Virus record (IMG/VR): IMGVR_UViG_3300028392_000029
Location: 124,001-188,000 of that record
DNA length: 64,000 nucleotides
Strand: one strand, 5' to 3'
The number at the start of each line of letters is the position of its first letter. Positions within the stretch are counted from its first letter, which is position 1. Below are positions 1 through 11,504 of the stretch, piece by piece. Below the pieces are notes generated by a model. It saw only the letters and a program-made list of their open reading frames with translations. It was not told where the DNA came from and ran no database searches. Made by a program: the position numbers and the translations under genes.

Positions 1-3000
1 TATGATTCATATCCGGTGGGCGCACTTGTTACCTACAATGATGTACAGTATCGTGCTATACTTCCAACTTTTGGTAACACAACTGTCATTATTACAGCAA
101 TAGACGGATTTACTGGACGATTAACAACAACATCGACAGCAAGTCTTGAGCCCGGACGACTTTTAAAATTTGAAAGCACTGGAGCATTTGGAGGAATTAT
201 CCCAACACAAAACTATTATGTGTTAAGCATAGATAATAGCACTCAATTTACAATTACTGATACGTACAACGGCACTAATTTTGTTTTATTAACATCGGGT
301 AAAGGTCGCATGACGGTTACACAAGAGGCCCCTAGTGCCCCATCCGCTGGTGTATCATCATGGACAAGAGTAAAAGATCAAATTGGACCTTCAGCACACG
401 GAGTAGTGTCTTTATATTCTAAAGACACAAATAATATCTATACATTAGTTGATACAATTATCAGCCCTAACATCACAGCTAACGAGCAATTTGGATCAAC
501 TATTACATTTGGTAATAACAACTTGTTCATTGGAGCTGTTGGAAACAATAACAATACAGGCGCAGTTTATGGCTTAGTCTATACAGAGTTTTTAGAAGCT
601 ACTACAGGCTACAATCCAGTTGGTAGTAGTTTTAGTACAATTGTTGTAAGTTCAACAGTGGGAATCCGAGAAGGTATGTATGTTCGAGGAATTGGATTTA
701 CCGGAGACCAGCAAGTTGAAGCTGTTATTAATTCAGTAACTTTAGTGCTAACTGGTAGTCCTAATTCTACACCTAGCGGCACACTAAACTTTATTTCTAT
801 AGGTTGGAGATACCAACCCGTACTGCCGATTACTGGAACAGTTGCAGGTAGCAACTTTGGAAGCAGTATTGCAGTTAGCGGGGACAACTCGGTACTGGCT
901 ATTGCGGCAGCAGGCGGCACAGTTGGCGGCTCAGTAACTGTATTTTTTAATATAAATGAAGTTGCAGGGTCTCAGCAATTAATCAGTAATTCCGACATAA
1001 ATTTTGGACAAAGTATTTCTTTGTCTGACTCTTCAGAATATTTGATTATCTCAGATGACAGTGCTAGTAAAATATTACGTCCGCAAATTGGAAATGTATA
1101 CATTTACAAATTTAATGGTATTAATTACGGAACTACTCCGTACCAGACATTAGTTGATCACCACCCTGAACCAAATGGCAGGTTTGGAAATAAAGTTTCG
1201 TTCATGAATGATTACAAAACTATAGTCGTTTATAGTTTATATGGCGATACCGCTAATGCTATGACATTTAATACAGGAGGTGTTACGACATTTGACAAAA
1301 ATTCAACGACTTTCTCAACTAAAAATTCTGATAGCGGTAGAATAGATATCTATGACAATTATTTTACTAAATGGGTGTTTAGTGAAAGTTTAGCCACAAC
1401 AAATCAGTCATCTGACGGATTTGGAACAGGATTTGCTGTAGGTAACGATCATGTGTTTGTTAGCGCACCAAATGCTGTAGATTATGATAATTTACAACAA
1501 CCATATATTTCTGGCAGAGTATATTATTATGGTAAACAGCCTAATACTCATACTTGGGAAACATACAAACAAGAAATTGAAAAACCTAATATTAGCAGAG
1601 TTAAAAAAGCATTTTTGTATAACAGAACTACGAACCAACTAATCAGATATTTAGATGTAGTTGACCCTGCCCAGGGCAAAATTCCCGGGCCAGCTGAAGA
1701 AGAAATTAAATTTAAAACATTTTATGATCCAGCCCATTATTCAGTTGGAGATGATAGAGTCAATATAGATGCAAGATCTGCCTGGTCAAAAGACCAAGTA
1801 GGTACATTATGGTGGGACTTGCGGACTGCAAAGTTTATTGATAGTTACTCAAGCGATGTTGTATACAGAAATAGTACTTGGAATTCTTTAGCAATTGGAG
1901 CCAGTATTGATATCTACGAGTGGGTATCGACTACTAATTTGCCATCTGCCTGGGACAAAATAGCTGATACTGGTGCCGGAGTGGCCTTAGGTATCAGCGG
2001 AAAGTCTTTATATGGAGATAGTTGTTATTCAACTAGACAAGTATATGATAATGTTAGTAAAAAATTTAAAACTACTTATTTTTATTGGGTAAAAAATAAA
2101 AAAATAACTCCGGATATTCCGGGCAGAAATAAGTCTGCATTAGATGTATCTAAATTAATTGGTAATCCTAGAGGAGAAGGATATACATTTTTAGCACTAA
2201 CTGGGCTAAATTCGTTCAGTCTAATAAATGCTAAACAATATTTAAGCAACACTGATGTAGTGTTAAGTGTCGAATACTGGACAGTTGACAAGACTGATCA
2301 AAATATACACAGCCAATGGAAGATGATTAGCAACGATTCTGCAGTCACATTACCAAGTGTCATCGAGAAAAAATTATTTGATAGTTTATGCGGTCGTGAT
2401 GAAGCTGGTAGACTGGTTCCGGATCCTACATTACCAATTAAATTAAAATACGGAATTGAGAATAGACCTCGACAAGGCATGTTTGTTAATAGATTTGAGG
2501 CTCTTAAACAGTATATAGAGCATGCAAATAGTATTATGTTATCTGAGCAAATTGTCAGTAATTGTGACATAAGTGCTTTAAAATCATACGATCCTGAGCC
2601 AAATATGGATAAGGGTTTATATGATGTTGTGTTTGATACTGACTTAGAATTAAGATTTGCAAATATTGTAAACTTTGTAAGAGCATCTGCAAGTCCTGTG
2701 ATATCAAACGGCAAAATAGTCGGAGTCACAATTACTAATCCAGGTAAAGGATACCTAATTGCCCCATATATTTCTATAGTTGGAACCGGAGCAAATGCAA
2801 TAGTTAGATCAATAGTTAATAATCTAGGACAAATTACCGGCACTGAAATTATCAATGGCGGCTCCGGCTATTCTGATGCAACAGTTTGTTTGATTAGAGA
2901 TTACTCAGCACTGGTTCATAGCGATAGCCAGGCAAGTAATAACTGGAGTATATATTCATATGACGGATATAATCAAGTATGGTCGCGTATTATTACCCAG

Positions 3001-6000
3001 GCATACGATGTTAGGAATTTTTGGACGTATGCAGACTGGTATGCTCTAGGCTACAGCCAATTTAGTGCGGTTGACTACTCTGTATCGACTCTGGCAGATC
3101 TGAATAGTATCACAGTTCTTATTGGCCAAGTTGTTAAAGTTAGAACAACAAATTCTGGTGGTTGGGAGTTATTATTAAAATATAATGAATCAACATCAGT
3201 TGATTGGACGTTATCTTATAAAGTAGTTGGTATTCAAAACGGTACTATACAATTTAGTTCTACACTTTATGAATTTGTTGATACTGGAATAGGATACGAT
3301 GGATCTACATTTGACGGTAGTTCGTTTGATATTGTAGCCGCAGTTGAATTACGTATCATTTTAAAAACTATAAAAAACAAGATTTTTATTAATACATTAA
3401 AACAAGAATATTTAAATTTATTTTTTACCGCGGTACGATATACACATAGCGAACAATCTTATATTGATTGGATATTTAAGACTAGCTTTATACGAGCTGA
3501 ACACAATGTTGGTACGTTAAATCAACCAGTAACATATACACCAGACAATCTAGGTAATTTTGAAGATTATATCGCAGAAGTGAAACCTTATAGAACGAAG
3601 ATCCGAGAGTACATAAGCAATTATGATAATATCGATAACGGTAGTTTAGCTGTTACTGACTTTGATCTGCAACCAGTATACGAAAATAATCAAATTTCGT
3701 TAATTAATACCTATGTCGCAGATGGAGTAATCCAAGCCTCAGATCCCTTAATAAGATCGTATCCTTGGAAATTTTGGTTAGATAATGTTGGATATATTGT
3801 AACTGAATTGCGGATAGTGTCTGGCGGCAGTGGATATGTAACTGAACCTACAGTTGTTATTACAAGTAATAGCGGCAAAGGAGCTACAGCTAAGGCATTA
3901 TATACTAACGGCGTGATCAATAGAGTAATACTGTTAACACCTGGTTCTGGATACTTGTCAGCCCCAACAGTAACAGTAAACGGCGGACTATCAGCCACCG
4001 GGGTACCGGCAGTTGTAGTAGCGGTCATTGGCGATAGTCCTGTTCGATCAACGCTAGTTAAAATAAAATTTGATAGATTAACACAAACTTATTATATTAA
4101 TCAGTTAGAAAACACTGAAACATTTACCGGATCAGGAGCCAAGTTACAATACAAACTACAATGGGCTCCCGATATTCGAATTGGAAAATCTAAAGTAATT
4201 ATAAATGGTGTGCCTGTGTTGCGTGAATTATATAAATTTGCCACTGTAACATCTAAGACTAAGGGGTATACAACATATGCAGGGTCTATAACATTTACAA
4301 CACCCCCGGCAATCGGGGCCGTTATAGAAGTTTCTTATATAAAAAATTGGGATCTTCTAAATGCGGCAGACCGTGTGCAGTATTATTATAATTCTTCGTC
4401 TGGTAATCTAGGTAAAGACCTTGCACAGTTAATGACAGGAATTGATTATGGTGGTGTGATCGTAACCGGGCTAGGATTTGATTTAAGTTCTGGATGGGAT
4501 GCTCTACCGTATTTTTCAGACAAGTGGGATAGTGTTGATCCAACATTTGACGATTATATAGTAACAGCATCTGCCAATCAAAAGGTATTCACATTACCGT
4601 ATAATCCACCTGCTGGCACACAAATCAATGTGTATCATTTACAAAGTCATATAGATTCGTATGTTTCTGACGGTGCAAAATTAGAATATATTTACAGCGT
4701 GTTGTCAGAATTGCCAGTGGTGACGGTAGTTCGCACAGTATCTAGTGCAACACAATCGTTGTTAGTTAATAGCGCAGGGCTCCCTACGCTTACTATTGCA
4801 AGTACAGTCGGATTAAAAATTGGCGATGTAGTTACATGTAGCTCAACGGCAGCATTTAGCTATAACACAAAAATAACAGCAATACCATCGGCAACAACAG
4901 TTAGTCTGAGTCAAATTATATTTGTTGATGTCCCATCAGCTAGTTCAATAGTATTTACTAGAACATTAGTATCACCGATTGATGTTACTATAAACAAGAA
5001 TGGATCTATCATCCTGGTAAATCCAATTGCTGCCGGCAGTACTATAAAAATATCTGGCAGCTTGGCTCCGGTTAGAATTGATGATCCGGCATACAGCACC
5101 CTTCAACAAAAAAATCTCGATGCTGTGATGTATACTCCTATAGTAGGAAGTCCGGGACAGACTATTACTCCACTTGATAACGGAACTGCAAGCGTTGTAA
5201 CTCCGAGCCAGATATATGATGCTGGACAAGCATCAACAGTATATACCTCCTCGGATACTACCGTTGATGGTGAAATAATTAACAATAGTATTTCTAATAT
5301 TATTGAACTACCTCCAGAGTATTCAGTACTAGCAGGCGATAGATTTATATTCCGTAAGAGTACAAGTGATGGTGCAATAGTTCCACAGAATGTTGATTAC
5401 GATACTGCCATCACCGGCGGAACAACTGCACACGATCTTAGCGGAGCGTTCACCACAGCAACTGGATTTGCAGCCGACGATATAATTATGGATGGAGATG
5501 GATTAGTAACACCTACGTCTAGCCCAGCTCCTGAAGAAGTCGTACCTGGACAGATTGTAGATACCTTAGCAATAAAAGTGTACGATCAATTTAGTTCGGG
5601 TAGTGCAAGGTTCAAAGTAGATAGGTACTTTAGTGACGGAGTAACATCATCATACTCGATATCACAGCAGCCTAATAGCCCACAAGCAGTGGTTGTAAAA
5701 TTAGGAAATGTAATAGAAACTCAGGTTGATAATTATACTGTTGATTATCGTAATAAATTAATTAAATTCAACACTGTACCGCCCGCCGGACAAGAAATTG
5801 GAATATTCAGTGTAGGATTTAATGGTAATAATATTTTAGATATTGACTATTTTGTTGGAGATGGAGTAACGCAAGAATTTGTCACTAGAGCAACCTGGTT
5901 AGATACTATTACCACATTAGTTTATATCGACGGAGTTGTTGCTAATGCAGAGTTGTTTAAGACTGATTCTAGCTATTCGTTTACTAATGCAGTTGGCATT

Positions 6001-7863
6001 AGATTTATTACACCTCCGGTAGCAGGCGCTCTAATAAATTTTGTTATTGTTAGCGGAAATCAACATACATTCTCAATTACTAAAGCTGAGCGTATTACAC
6101 CTAATGGGAGTTCTACATCGTTTATACTAGCAAATCCTATAGGTACAAGTATCCCGAACGAATCTAATATTATTGTTAGAGTTGGATCTAATATTCTTCG
6201 AGCACCAACTAATAGTTACTTTACTATAGGCGGTAACAGATTAAACTATACAATCGATGCTACTAAGTTTAGACCATATGAACTTACGATTGACAACATA
6301 CAAGTTATCGCTGATGGTAAACTACTAGTGCTGGGTAACGATTATATTGTTGACATTGGCGGGATCGCTATTAAATTGAGTAGACCTACTTATAAATTTT
6401 ATGCCGGTAAACAACTAGTTGTTAGTGTAAATGTAGGAGCAGATTATTCGTATAATCCTCTTAACAATACAATTACATTTAATACAGCTCCTGCACTTAA
6501 CAGTGTAGTAGAAGTGATCAGTAGTTATCAGCATAACATTTTAGATGTTGAAAGAACCACAACAACTATTTCTTCAGATTTAAGTATAACACCTGATACT
6601 TTAGAATTTTATACGTATACTGCCCTGAGTACTGGTCGTATAGAGCTAGACAGACCGGTCATAGATGACAATTATGTTTGGGTAATGAAGAACAACACAT
6701 TACTGATTCCAAGTTCTGATTATAAAGTCAATGATGATAAAATCAGTATTCAGTTGGCAGCAATACCAACAGATGCTGATAATATATCAGTAATGCTTTT
6801 CAGTAGCAGAATAATAACATCTAGCATTTCTTATATGCAATTTAAAGATATGTTAAATCGTGTAATATACAAACGACTAAGTCTTAACAAACAAACATCG
6901 TTAGTTAATGATTTGCTTTGGAACGATACTATAATCACTGTCAAAGATGCTAGTAATTTTGATATTCCTAATCCATCACAAAATAAACCCGGTATCATTG
7001 AAATCCGAGGCGAACGAATCGAATATTTCGCTCTTACTGGAAATGTGTTAAGTAGATTACGTCGGGGTACTTTAGGAACAGGAACTCCGGAAATCCATAT
7101 AATTGGATCAAAAGTTCAAGATATCGGTCGATCAGAAACAATTCCATACAGTGATAAATTAACAGTTGACCAAATATTGTCAGATGGTACAAATATTGTA
7201 AATCTAGGGTTTACACCAATGACCAGTGTGGTTGCTACTGGAAAGTACACAAGCACATCAGAATGGACATATGCTACAGGATACACATCTTCAATCCCAG
7301 TAGGGTATGTACAAGCAGACGACATTGAAGTATTTGTCGGTGGATATGATTCTAGCTTATCATGGGCCGCAGGAGTTGTCTATAATGTTGGAACAGTAGT
7401 AACTGTGGGTAGTTATACCTACAGATGTATTACACAGCATACTAGTAGCTCCAAATTTAGCACAGACAGTAGTAATTGGACTTTCTTTATTGGAAATATT
7501 CGACTAAAGAAAACTCCTTATAAAGTACACAATGTTAATATTGCTCCTTACAGCCCCGAAGGTGATGTGCAACTAGATGCAGATTTTGCAGTTAACGGTA
7601 CTTTATCTAGTATTCGTCTTACTAATAAATTAGCAGTAGGAACTCAAGTTACAGTTGTTAGACGTACTGGCACAGCTTGGGACGGTTCTATTAATATTCT
7701 AAATGACGATGGCGATATCTCTAGATTCTTAAAAGCTACTCCTGGAGTATGGTATACTGATTACAATAAATATTTGCAACAAACAACAACATCCAATTCT
7801 ACATTTGATTCAACAATTGGAACATTTGATGCAACAAACACTACATTTGACCAAGGAAACTAA
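1..7863 (+). CDS. Giant baseplate wedge-like virion structural protein (5'-truncated at window edge)
   Basis: Frame 1 is open from base 1 (YDSYPVGALV...). FG-GAP-like repeats near the N-terminus, repeated Ig-like GxGY..P.V segments, and a CBM5/12-like motif near the C-terminus. Heads a tail gene cluster. Confidence 0.75.
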   Translation, partial: YDSYPVGALVTYNDVQYRAILPTFGNTTVIITAIDGFTGRLTTTSTASLEPGRLLKFESTGAFGGIIPTQNYYVLSIDNSTQFTITDTYNGTNFVLLTSGKGRMTVTQEAPSAPSAGVSSWTRVKDQIGPSAHGVVSLYSKDTNNIYTLVDTIISPNITANEQFGSTITFGNNNLFIGAVGNNNNTGAVYGLVYTEFLEATTGYNPVGSSFSTIVVSSTVGIREGMYVRGIGFTGDQQVEAVINSVTLVLTGSPNSTPSGTLNFISIGWRYQPVLPITGTVAGSNFGSSIAVSGDNSVLAIAAAGGTVGGSVTVFFNINEVAGSQQLISNSDINFGQSISLSDSSEYLIISDDSASKILRPQIGNVYIYKFNGINYGTTPYQTLVDHHPEPNGRFGNKVSFMNDYKTIVVYSLYGDTANAMTFNTGGVTTFDKNSTTFSTKNSDSGRIDIYDNYFTKWVFSESLATTNQSSDGFGTGFAVGNDHVFVSAPNAVDYDNLQQPYISGRVYYYGKQPNTHTWETYKQEIEKPNISRVKKAFLYNRTTNQLIRYLDVVDPAQGKIPGPAEEEIKFKTFYDPAHYSVGDDRVNIDARSAWSKDQVGTLWWDLRTAKFIDSYSSDVVYRNSTWNSLAIGASIDIYEWVSTTNLPSAWDKIADTGAGVALGISGKSLYGDSCYSTRQVYDNVSKKFKTTYFYWVKNKKITPDIPGRNKSALDVSKLIGNPRGEGYTFLALTGLNSFSLINAKQYLSNTDVVLSVEYWTVDKTDQNIHSQWKMISNDSAVTLPSVIEKKLFDSLCGRDEAGRLVPDPTLPIKLKYGIENRPRQGMFVNRFEALKQYIEHANSIMLSEQIVSNCDISALKSYDPEPNMDKGLYDVVFDTDLELRFANIVNFVRASASPVISNGKIVGVTITNPGKGYLIAPYISIVGTGANAIVRSIVNNLGQITGTEIINGGSGYSDATVCLIRDYSALVHSDSQASNNWSIYSYDGYNQVWSRIITQAYDVRNFWTYADWYALGYSQFSAVDYSVSTLADLNSITVLIGQVVKVRTTNSGGWELLLKYNESTSVDWTLSYKVVGIQNGTIQFSSTLYEFVDTGIGYDGSTFDGSSFDIVAAVELRIILKTIKNKIFINTLKQEYLNLFFTAVRYTHSEQSYIDWIFKTSFIRAEHNVGTLNQPVTYTPDNLGNFEDYIAEVKPYRTKIREYISNYDNIDNGSLAVTDFDLQPVYENNQISLINTYVADGVIQASDPLIRSYPWKFWLDNVGYIVTELRIVSGGSGYVTEPTVVITSNSGKGATAKALYTNGVINRVILLTPGSGYLSAPTVTVNGGLSATGVPAVVVAVIGDSPVRSTLVKIKFDRLTQTYYINQLENTETFTGSGAKLQYKLQWAPDIRIGKSKVIINGVPVLRELYKFATVTSKTKGYTTYAGSITFTTPPAIGAVIEVSYIKNWDLLNAADRVQYYYNSSSGNLGKDLAQLMTGIDYGGVIVTGLGFDLSSGWDALPYFSDKWDSVDPTFDDYIVTASANQKVFTLPYNPPAGTQINVYHLQSHIDSYVSDGAKLEYIYSVLSELPVVTVVRTVSSATQSLLVNSAGLPTLTIASTVGLKIGDVVTCSSTAAFSYNTKITAIPSATTVSLSQIIFVDVPSASSIVFTRTLVSPIDVTINKNGSIILVNPIAAGSTIKISGSLAPVRIDDPAYSTLQQKNLDAVMYTPIVGSPGQTITPLDNGTASVVTPSQIYDAGQASTVYTSSDTTVDGEIINNSISNIIELPPEYSVLAGDRFIFRKSTSDGAIVPQNVDYDTAITGGTTAHDLSGAFTTATGFAADDIIMDGDGLVTPTSSPAPEEVVPGQIVDTLAIKVYDQFSSGSARFKVDRYFSDGVTSSYSISQQPNSPQAVVVKLGNVIETQVDNYTVDYRNKLIKFNTVPPAGQEIGIFSVGFNGNNILDIDYFVGDGVTQEFVTRATWLDTITTLVYIDGVVANAELFKTDSSYSFTNAVGIRFITPPVAGALINFVIVSGNQHTFSITKAERITPNGSSTSFILANPIGTSIPNESNIIVRVGSNILRAPTNSYFTIGGNRLNYTIDATKFRPYELTIDNIQVIADGKLLVLGNDYIVDIGGIAIKLSRPTYKFYAGKQLVVSVNVGADYSYNPLNNTITFNTAPALNSVVEVISSYQHNILDVERTTTTISSDLSITPDTLEFYTYTALSTGRIELDRPVIDDNYVWVMKNNTLLIPSSDYKVNDDKISIQLAAIPTDADNISVMLFSSRIITSSISYMQFKDMLNRVIYKRLSLNKQTSLVNDLLWNDTIITVKDASNFDIPNPSQNKPGIIEIRGERIEYFALTGNVLSRLRRGTLGTGTPEIHIIGSKVQDIGRSETIPYSDKLTVDQILSDGTNIVNLGFTPMTSVVATGKYTSTSEWTYATGYTSSIPVGYVQADDIEVFVGGYDSSLSWAAGVVYNVGTVVTVGSYTYRCITQHTSSSKFSTDSSNWTFFIGNIRLKKTPYKVHNVNIAPYSPEGDVQLDADFAVNGTLSSIRLTNKLAVGTQVTVVRRTGTAWDGSINILNDDGDISRFLKATPGVWYTDYNKYLQQTTTSNSTFDSTIGTFDATNTTFDQGN

Positions 7864-7865
7864 CA

Positions 7866-8732
7866 ATGTCACAGCAACTTATTAATTTAGGATCAGCACC
7901 TAACGATCATTCGGGCGATTCATTGCGTACCGGTGCCCAAAAAATAAATGCTAATTTTACTGAATTGTATACTAGTACAGTAATTCCCTCGCAAGTTGGA
8001 AGTGCTGGCTTGTTTTTAAGTACCAACGGTACAAATTTATCTTGGCAAGCCCCTACAATCAATAATGTAGTGTTAACAACTAATTCTTATGCAGATCCCA
8101 CATGGATTACCAGTCTAAGTTACGCTAAAATAAATGGAGCTCCCGCACAATATACATTGCCAACCGCTAGTACAAGTGTATTAGGTGGCGTTAAAGTTGA
8201 CGGTATATCGGTGGTAATTAGTGGTGCAGGAGTTATCAGTTCTCCAGCACAGGTTATTCCTACTGCAAGTGCTAGTACATTAGGCGCAGTAAAGATTGAC
8301 GGCGTTACGGTTACCTTAAACGGTAGCAGCCAGTTAGTTGCCGCACAAACAACTATAGTAAGAACTACTGTGTCTGGAACAACACAAACAATTGCCGCAG
8401 GCTCCTTTGACATTATTACTATTACTGGTTTTAAAAGTTATGCATTGCTATCTATAACAACCAGCGCGGCAGCCTGGGTATCAGTATATACCTCCACAGC
8501 AACGCAGGCAGCAGATGCAAGCAGATCAATAACAACAGATCCAGTTCCGGGCAACGGAATCGTAGCTGAGATGATTTCAACTACTGCAAAAACACAAAAA
8601 TTTACCCCAATGGTTATGGGATTTAATGACGAAGTGGTTCCAAATAACAACATACAATTGAAAGTATACAATAATGGTGTTGCATCTGCCGCTATAACAG
8701 TAACTCTTGCTCTAATCCAGCTAGAACGTTGA
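7866..8732 (+). CDS. T4 gp9/gp10-like baseplate/fibre protein
   Basis: N-terminus MSQQLINLGSAPNDHSGDSLRTGAQKINANFTELY matches the gp9/gp10 N-terminal motif; two LPTASxSxLGxVKxDG fibre repeats. Confidence 0.75.
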   Translation: MSQQLINLGSAPNDHSGDSLRTGAQKINANFTELYTSTVIPSQVGSAGLFLSTNGTNLSWQAPTINNVVLTTNSYADPTWITSLSYAKINGAPAQYTLPTASTSVLGGVKVDGISVVISGAGVISSPAQVIPTASASTLGAVKIDGVTVTLNGSSQLVAAQTTIVRTTVSGTTQTIAAGSFDIITITGFKSYALLSITTSAAAWVSVYTSTATQAADASRSITTDPVPGNGIVAEMISTTAKTQKFTPMVMGFNDEVVPNNNIQLKVYNNGVASAAITVTLALIQLER

Positions 8733-8762
8733 TAACATTAAACTAGCACATTATAAACATTG

Positions 8763-8769
8763 ATAAATA
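8763..8769 (+). promoter_or_regulatory. T4-late-like promoter motif
   Basis: Intergenic ATAAATA, 20 nt before a structural gene. Confidence 0.55.
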
Positions 8770-8789
8770 CCATATAAAGAGAGACCATT

Positions 8790-9398
8790 ATGCAGAGTAA
8801 AGACGTAACTGGAATACATATAGAAGGGCATATTAAGATATATAACCCTGAATCCAAAGAAATTTATGTTAACAAACGTAATGCAATCCATTACGAAAAC
8901 ATTAGTATTGCTCTAGCACAAAGCATGGCTAACAGCGGACAAGGGTTTGTCTATCAAATGGCGTTTGGCAATGGCGGTACAGCTATCGATCCTACAGGAA
9001 TTATCACGTATCTAAGCCCAAATAGTTCAGGATCAAACGCTAGTTTATACAATCAAACTTATTCTAAAATAGTTGACGGGCGTTCAAGCAATAATATTGA
9101 TCCAACCCGCAATTATATTGAAACTCGACATGTGACCGGTACAAATTATACTGATATATTTGTAACTTGTTTATTAGATTACGGCGAACCTGGTTCACAG
9201 AGTGCGTATGATACAACGTCTGATGGCGCTAATGCATTTTTATTTGATGAGTTAGGATTACAAAGTTATAGCCCAACTGGTCAAAGTTTATTGTTAACAC
9301 ATGTTATTTTCCATCCTGTACAAAAAAGTTTAAACAGATTGATTCAGATCGATTATACTGTGCGTATACAAAGTTTGACTGGCCTGGTAGGAGTTTAA
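8790..9398 (+). CDS. Virion structural protein (baseplate/tail)
   Basis: 202 aa ORF in the tail cluster, preceded by an ATAAATA motif. Confidence 0.5.
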   Translation: MQSKDVTGIHIEGHIKIYNPESKEIYVNKRNAIHYENISIALAQSMANSGQGFVYQMAFGNGGTAIDPTGIITYLSPNSSGSNASLYNQTYSKIVDGRSSNNIDPTRNYIETRHVTGTNYTDIFVTCLLDYGEPGSQSAYDTTSDGANAFLFDELGLQSYSPTGQSLLLTHVIFHPVQKSLNRLIQIDYTVRIQSLTGLVGV

Positions 9399-9401
9399 TA
9401 A

Positions 9402-11504
9402 ATGACGTATCAAGTAACCTACTCTGAGCCGAACAATCCTGCTAAAGCTCCAATTGTTGTAGCCGATCAAACCCTCAACACTCAAACTAGTATTACGTTT
9501 GTTGGTAAAAATTATGCAGGATACGGCCCAGTAATTGCAACAGACTTATTGCATCTATTAGAAAATTTTGCTAATAGTTCGCCACCCTCAAACCCAGTTC
9601 AAGGCCAGTTGTGGTATGATACCGCAGGCAGCATTAATACACTTAAAGTCTATGATGGTACTACTTGGGGCGCCGCTGGTTCGTTAAAAAAATCAGCGAC
9701 AGCTCCCGATGTTGCCAACAGCAGTCCTGGTGATTTGTGGTCTAACACAGATACAAGCCAATTATATCTATTTTCTGGATCAAACTGGTTATTAGTTGGC
9801 CCTCAATTCTCAACAGGAACTTTAACCGGTCCGATTGTTGATGAAATTATCGATGTGAACAATGAAACTTATTCGGTAATTTCTTTATATGCTAACAATT
9901 ATAGAATTGCTATAATCAGTAAAGATACATTTATACCTAAAGCATATATCGCAGGTTTTGCTAATATTAATCAGGGTATTAATTTAAGTACTACTGATAC
10001 AACAAGTTCTACATCTTTGTCAAGAATTTGGGGTACAGCAAGTTCTGCAGATGCATTACTAGTTAATAATACTGTAGTTCCGTCTTCTAGCTTCTTACGT
10101 AATGACCAAGTTAGCTTAACGAGTAACGCTATTAATATCAAGACTGACGCCGGTATCAGTCTAGGTAATAGTTTAAATTTTAATATTGGAGTTAACGGCA
10201 ATTCAACGGTATTTTATTCTAAGGGTAGTTCAAATAGTATCGAGTTTAATTTAAATAGTTCAATTTTAATTCATGTATCGCCTCTTGGAAAAATAGGAAT
10301 TGGTTTAAACAACATATCTCCAGCTTCTACACTTGATGTAGATGGCACTATAACAACCAGTGCCGGTTTAAATGATTTAGGAACTTCGGATATTAGCGAT
10401 ATAGCCGGCGCAAGCATAAAAACTTTAGGCGGACTGTCGGTATCTAAATCAACAAGTCTAGGTGATGATACTACAATAAGCGGCCAACTATATCTAAATT
10501 GGTTGCATGAAGGTCAGCCAGTAACTGGCCCAGCCCTACTTCCTTCAACAACTGGCATATATGATATTGGTTCAGCTAGTGCAACATTTAGAAATATCTA
10601 TGCACAATCGTTTGTTGGTAACTTTAATGGTGTGTTTACTGGACAGCTTACTGGGAGTATTAGCGGCGCCGCTGCCAAATTACAAAGCCCAACAAATTTT
10701 AGATTAACCGGTGACGTTTCTGCACCGGATGTGAGCTTTGATGGACAAACTCAGACTGGAGTTGCACTGTTTAATACATCTATTAGTCCTGGTATTATCA
10801 CATCTAAGGCTGCCGCCGATGATTCATCACTAACCGATCAATTTTTAGTTTATAGAGCTGGATCTGGTTTGTTAAGCATGACTAAACAAACTTTATTAAA
10901 TCACGTTGCTACTGTTCCTGTGGGCACATTATTTCCGTTTGCAGGTACAACCATACCCGACGGGTACTTGCTATGCGATGGCAGTGAGGTAAGGGTTTCA
11001 GAATATACCTTATTATTCCAAGTTATTGGGTATGTGTACAAACCTGCACAGCTATTGCAAGGTCTAGGAACATTTGGATTACCTGATATGAGAGGCAGAT
11101 TTGCATTGGGTCGTGACAACATGGATAATGGTATTACTGTACCTAGTAAAGATGGATCCGGAACACAAATTCAAACTGGCGGCGGATCAGCTAACAGAGT
11201 AACAGACATTACAGCAGACACGATTGGTACAGGCTTAGGAAGTCAAACTCAAACACTAGCATTAAACAATCTTCCGGATCACTTTCATAATTTAAGTAGT
11301 GGAAATGCCCAATATTATGCAGCCGGACTACCGGGCGCAGGCCCCGATCCAAATGCAGTTCCGGGACTAGGCTTGCCAACTACTAGTTCTGGGTCAGGAT
11401 ACCCCAGCAGTGGATCAGTTATAGCAAACTCATTGGGTGAAGGATTTTCAACAATGAACCCTTATGCAACAATTAATTACATAATCTTTACTGGTGCTTT
11501 ATAA
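9402..11504 (+). CDS. Tail fibre with tail-collar domain
   Basis: Collar motif VPVGTLFPFAG...GYLLCDGSEV...FGLPDMRGRF; N-terminal GKNYAGYG...LLENFAN...GQLWYD module; C-terminal NPYATINYII. Confidence 0.8.
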   Translation: MTYQVTYSEPNNPAKAPIVVADQTLNTQTSITFVGKNYAGYGPVIATDLLHLLENFANSSPPSNPVQGQLWYDTAGSINTLKVYDGTTWGAAGSLKKSATAPDVANSSPGDLWSNTDTSQLYLFSGSNWLLVGPQFSTGTLTGPIVDEIIDVNNETYSVISLYANNYRIAIISKDTFIPKAYIAGFANINQGINLSTTDTTSSTSLSRIWGTASSADALLVNNTVVPSSSFLRNDQVSLTSNAINIKTDAGISLGNSLNFNIGVNGNSTVFYSKGSSNSIEFNLNSSILIHVSPLGKIGIGLNNISPASTLDVDGTITTSAGLNDLGTSDISDIAGASIKTLGGLSVSKSTSLGDDTTISGQLYLNWLHEGQPVTGPALLPSTTGIYDIGSASATFRNIYAQSFVGNFNGVFTGQLTGSISGAAAKLQSPTNFRLTGDVSAPDVSFDGQTQTGVALFNTSISPGIITSKAAADDSSLTDQFLVYRAGSGLLSMTKQTLLNHVATVPVGTLFPFAGTTIPDGYLLCDGSEVRVSEYTLLFQVIGYVYKPAQLLQGLGTFGLPDMRGRFALGRDNMDNGITVPSKDGSGTQIQTGGGSANRVTDITADTIGTGLGSQTQTLALNNLPDHFHNLSSGNAQYYAAGLPGAGPDPNAVPGLGLPTTSSGSGYPSSGSVIANSLGEGFSTMNPYATINYIIFTGAL

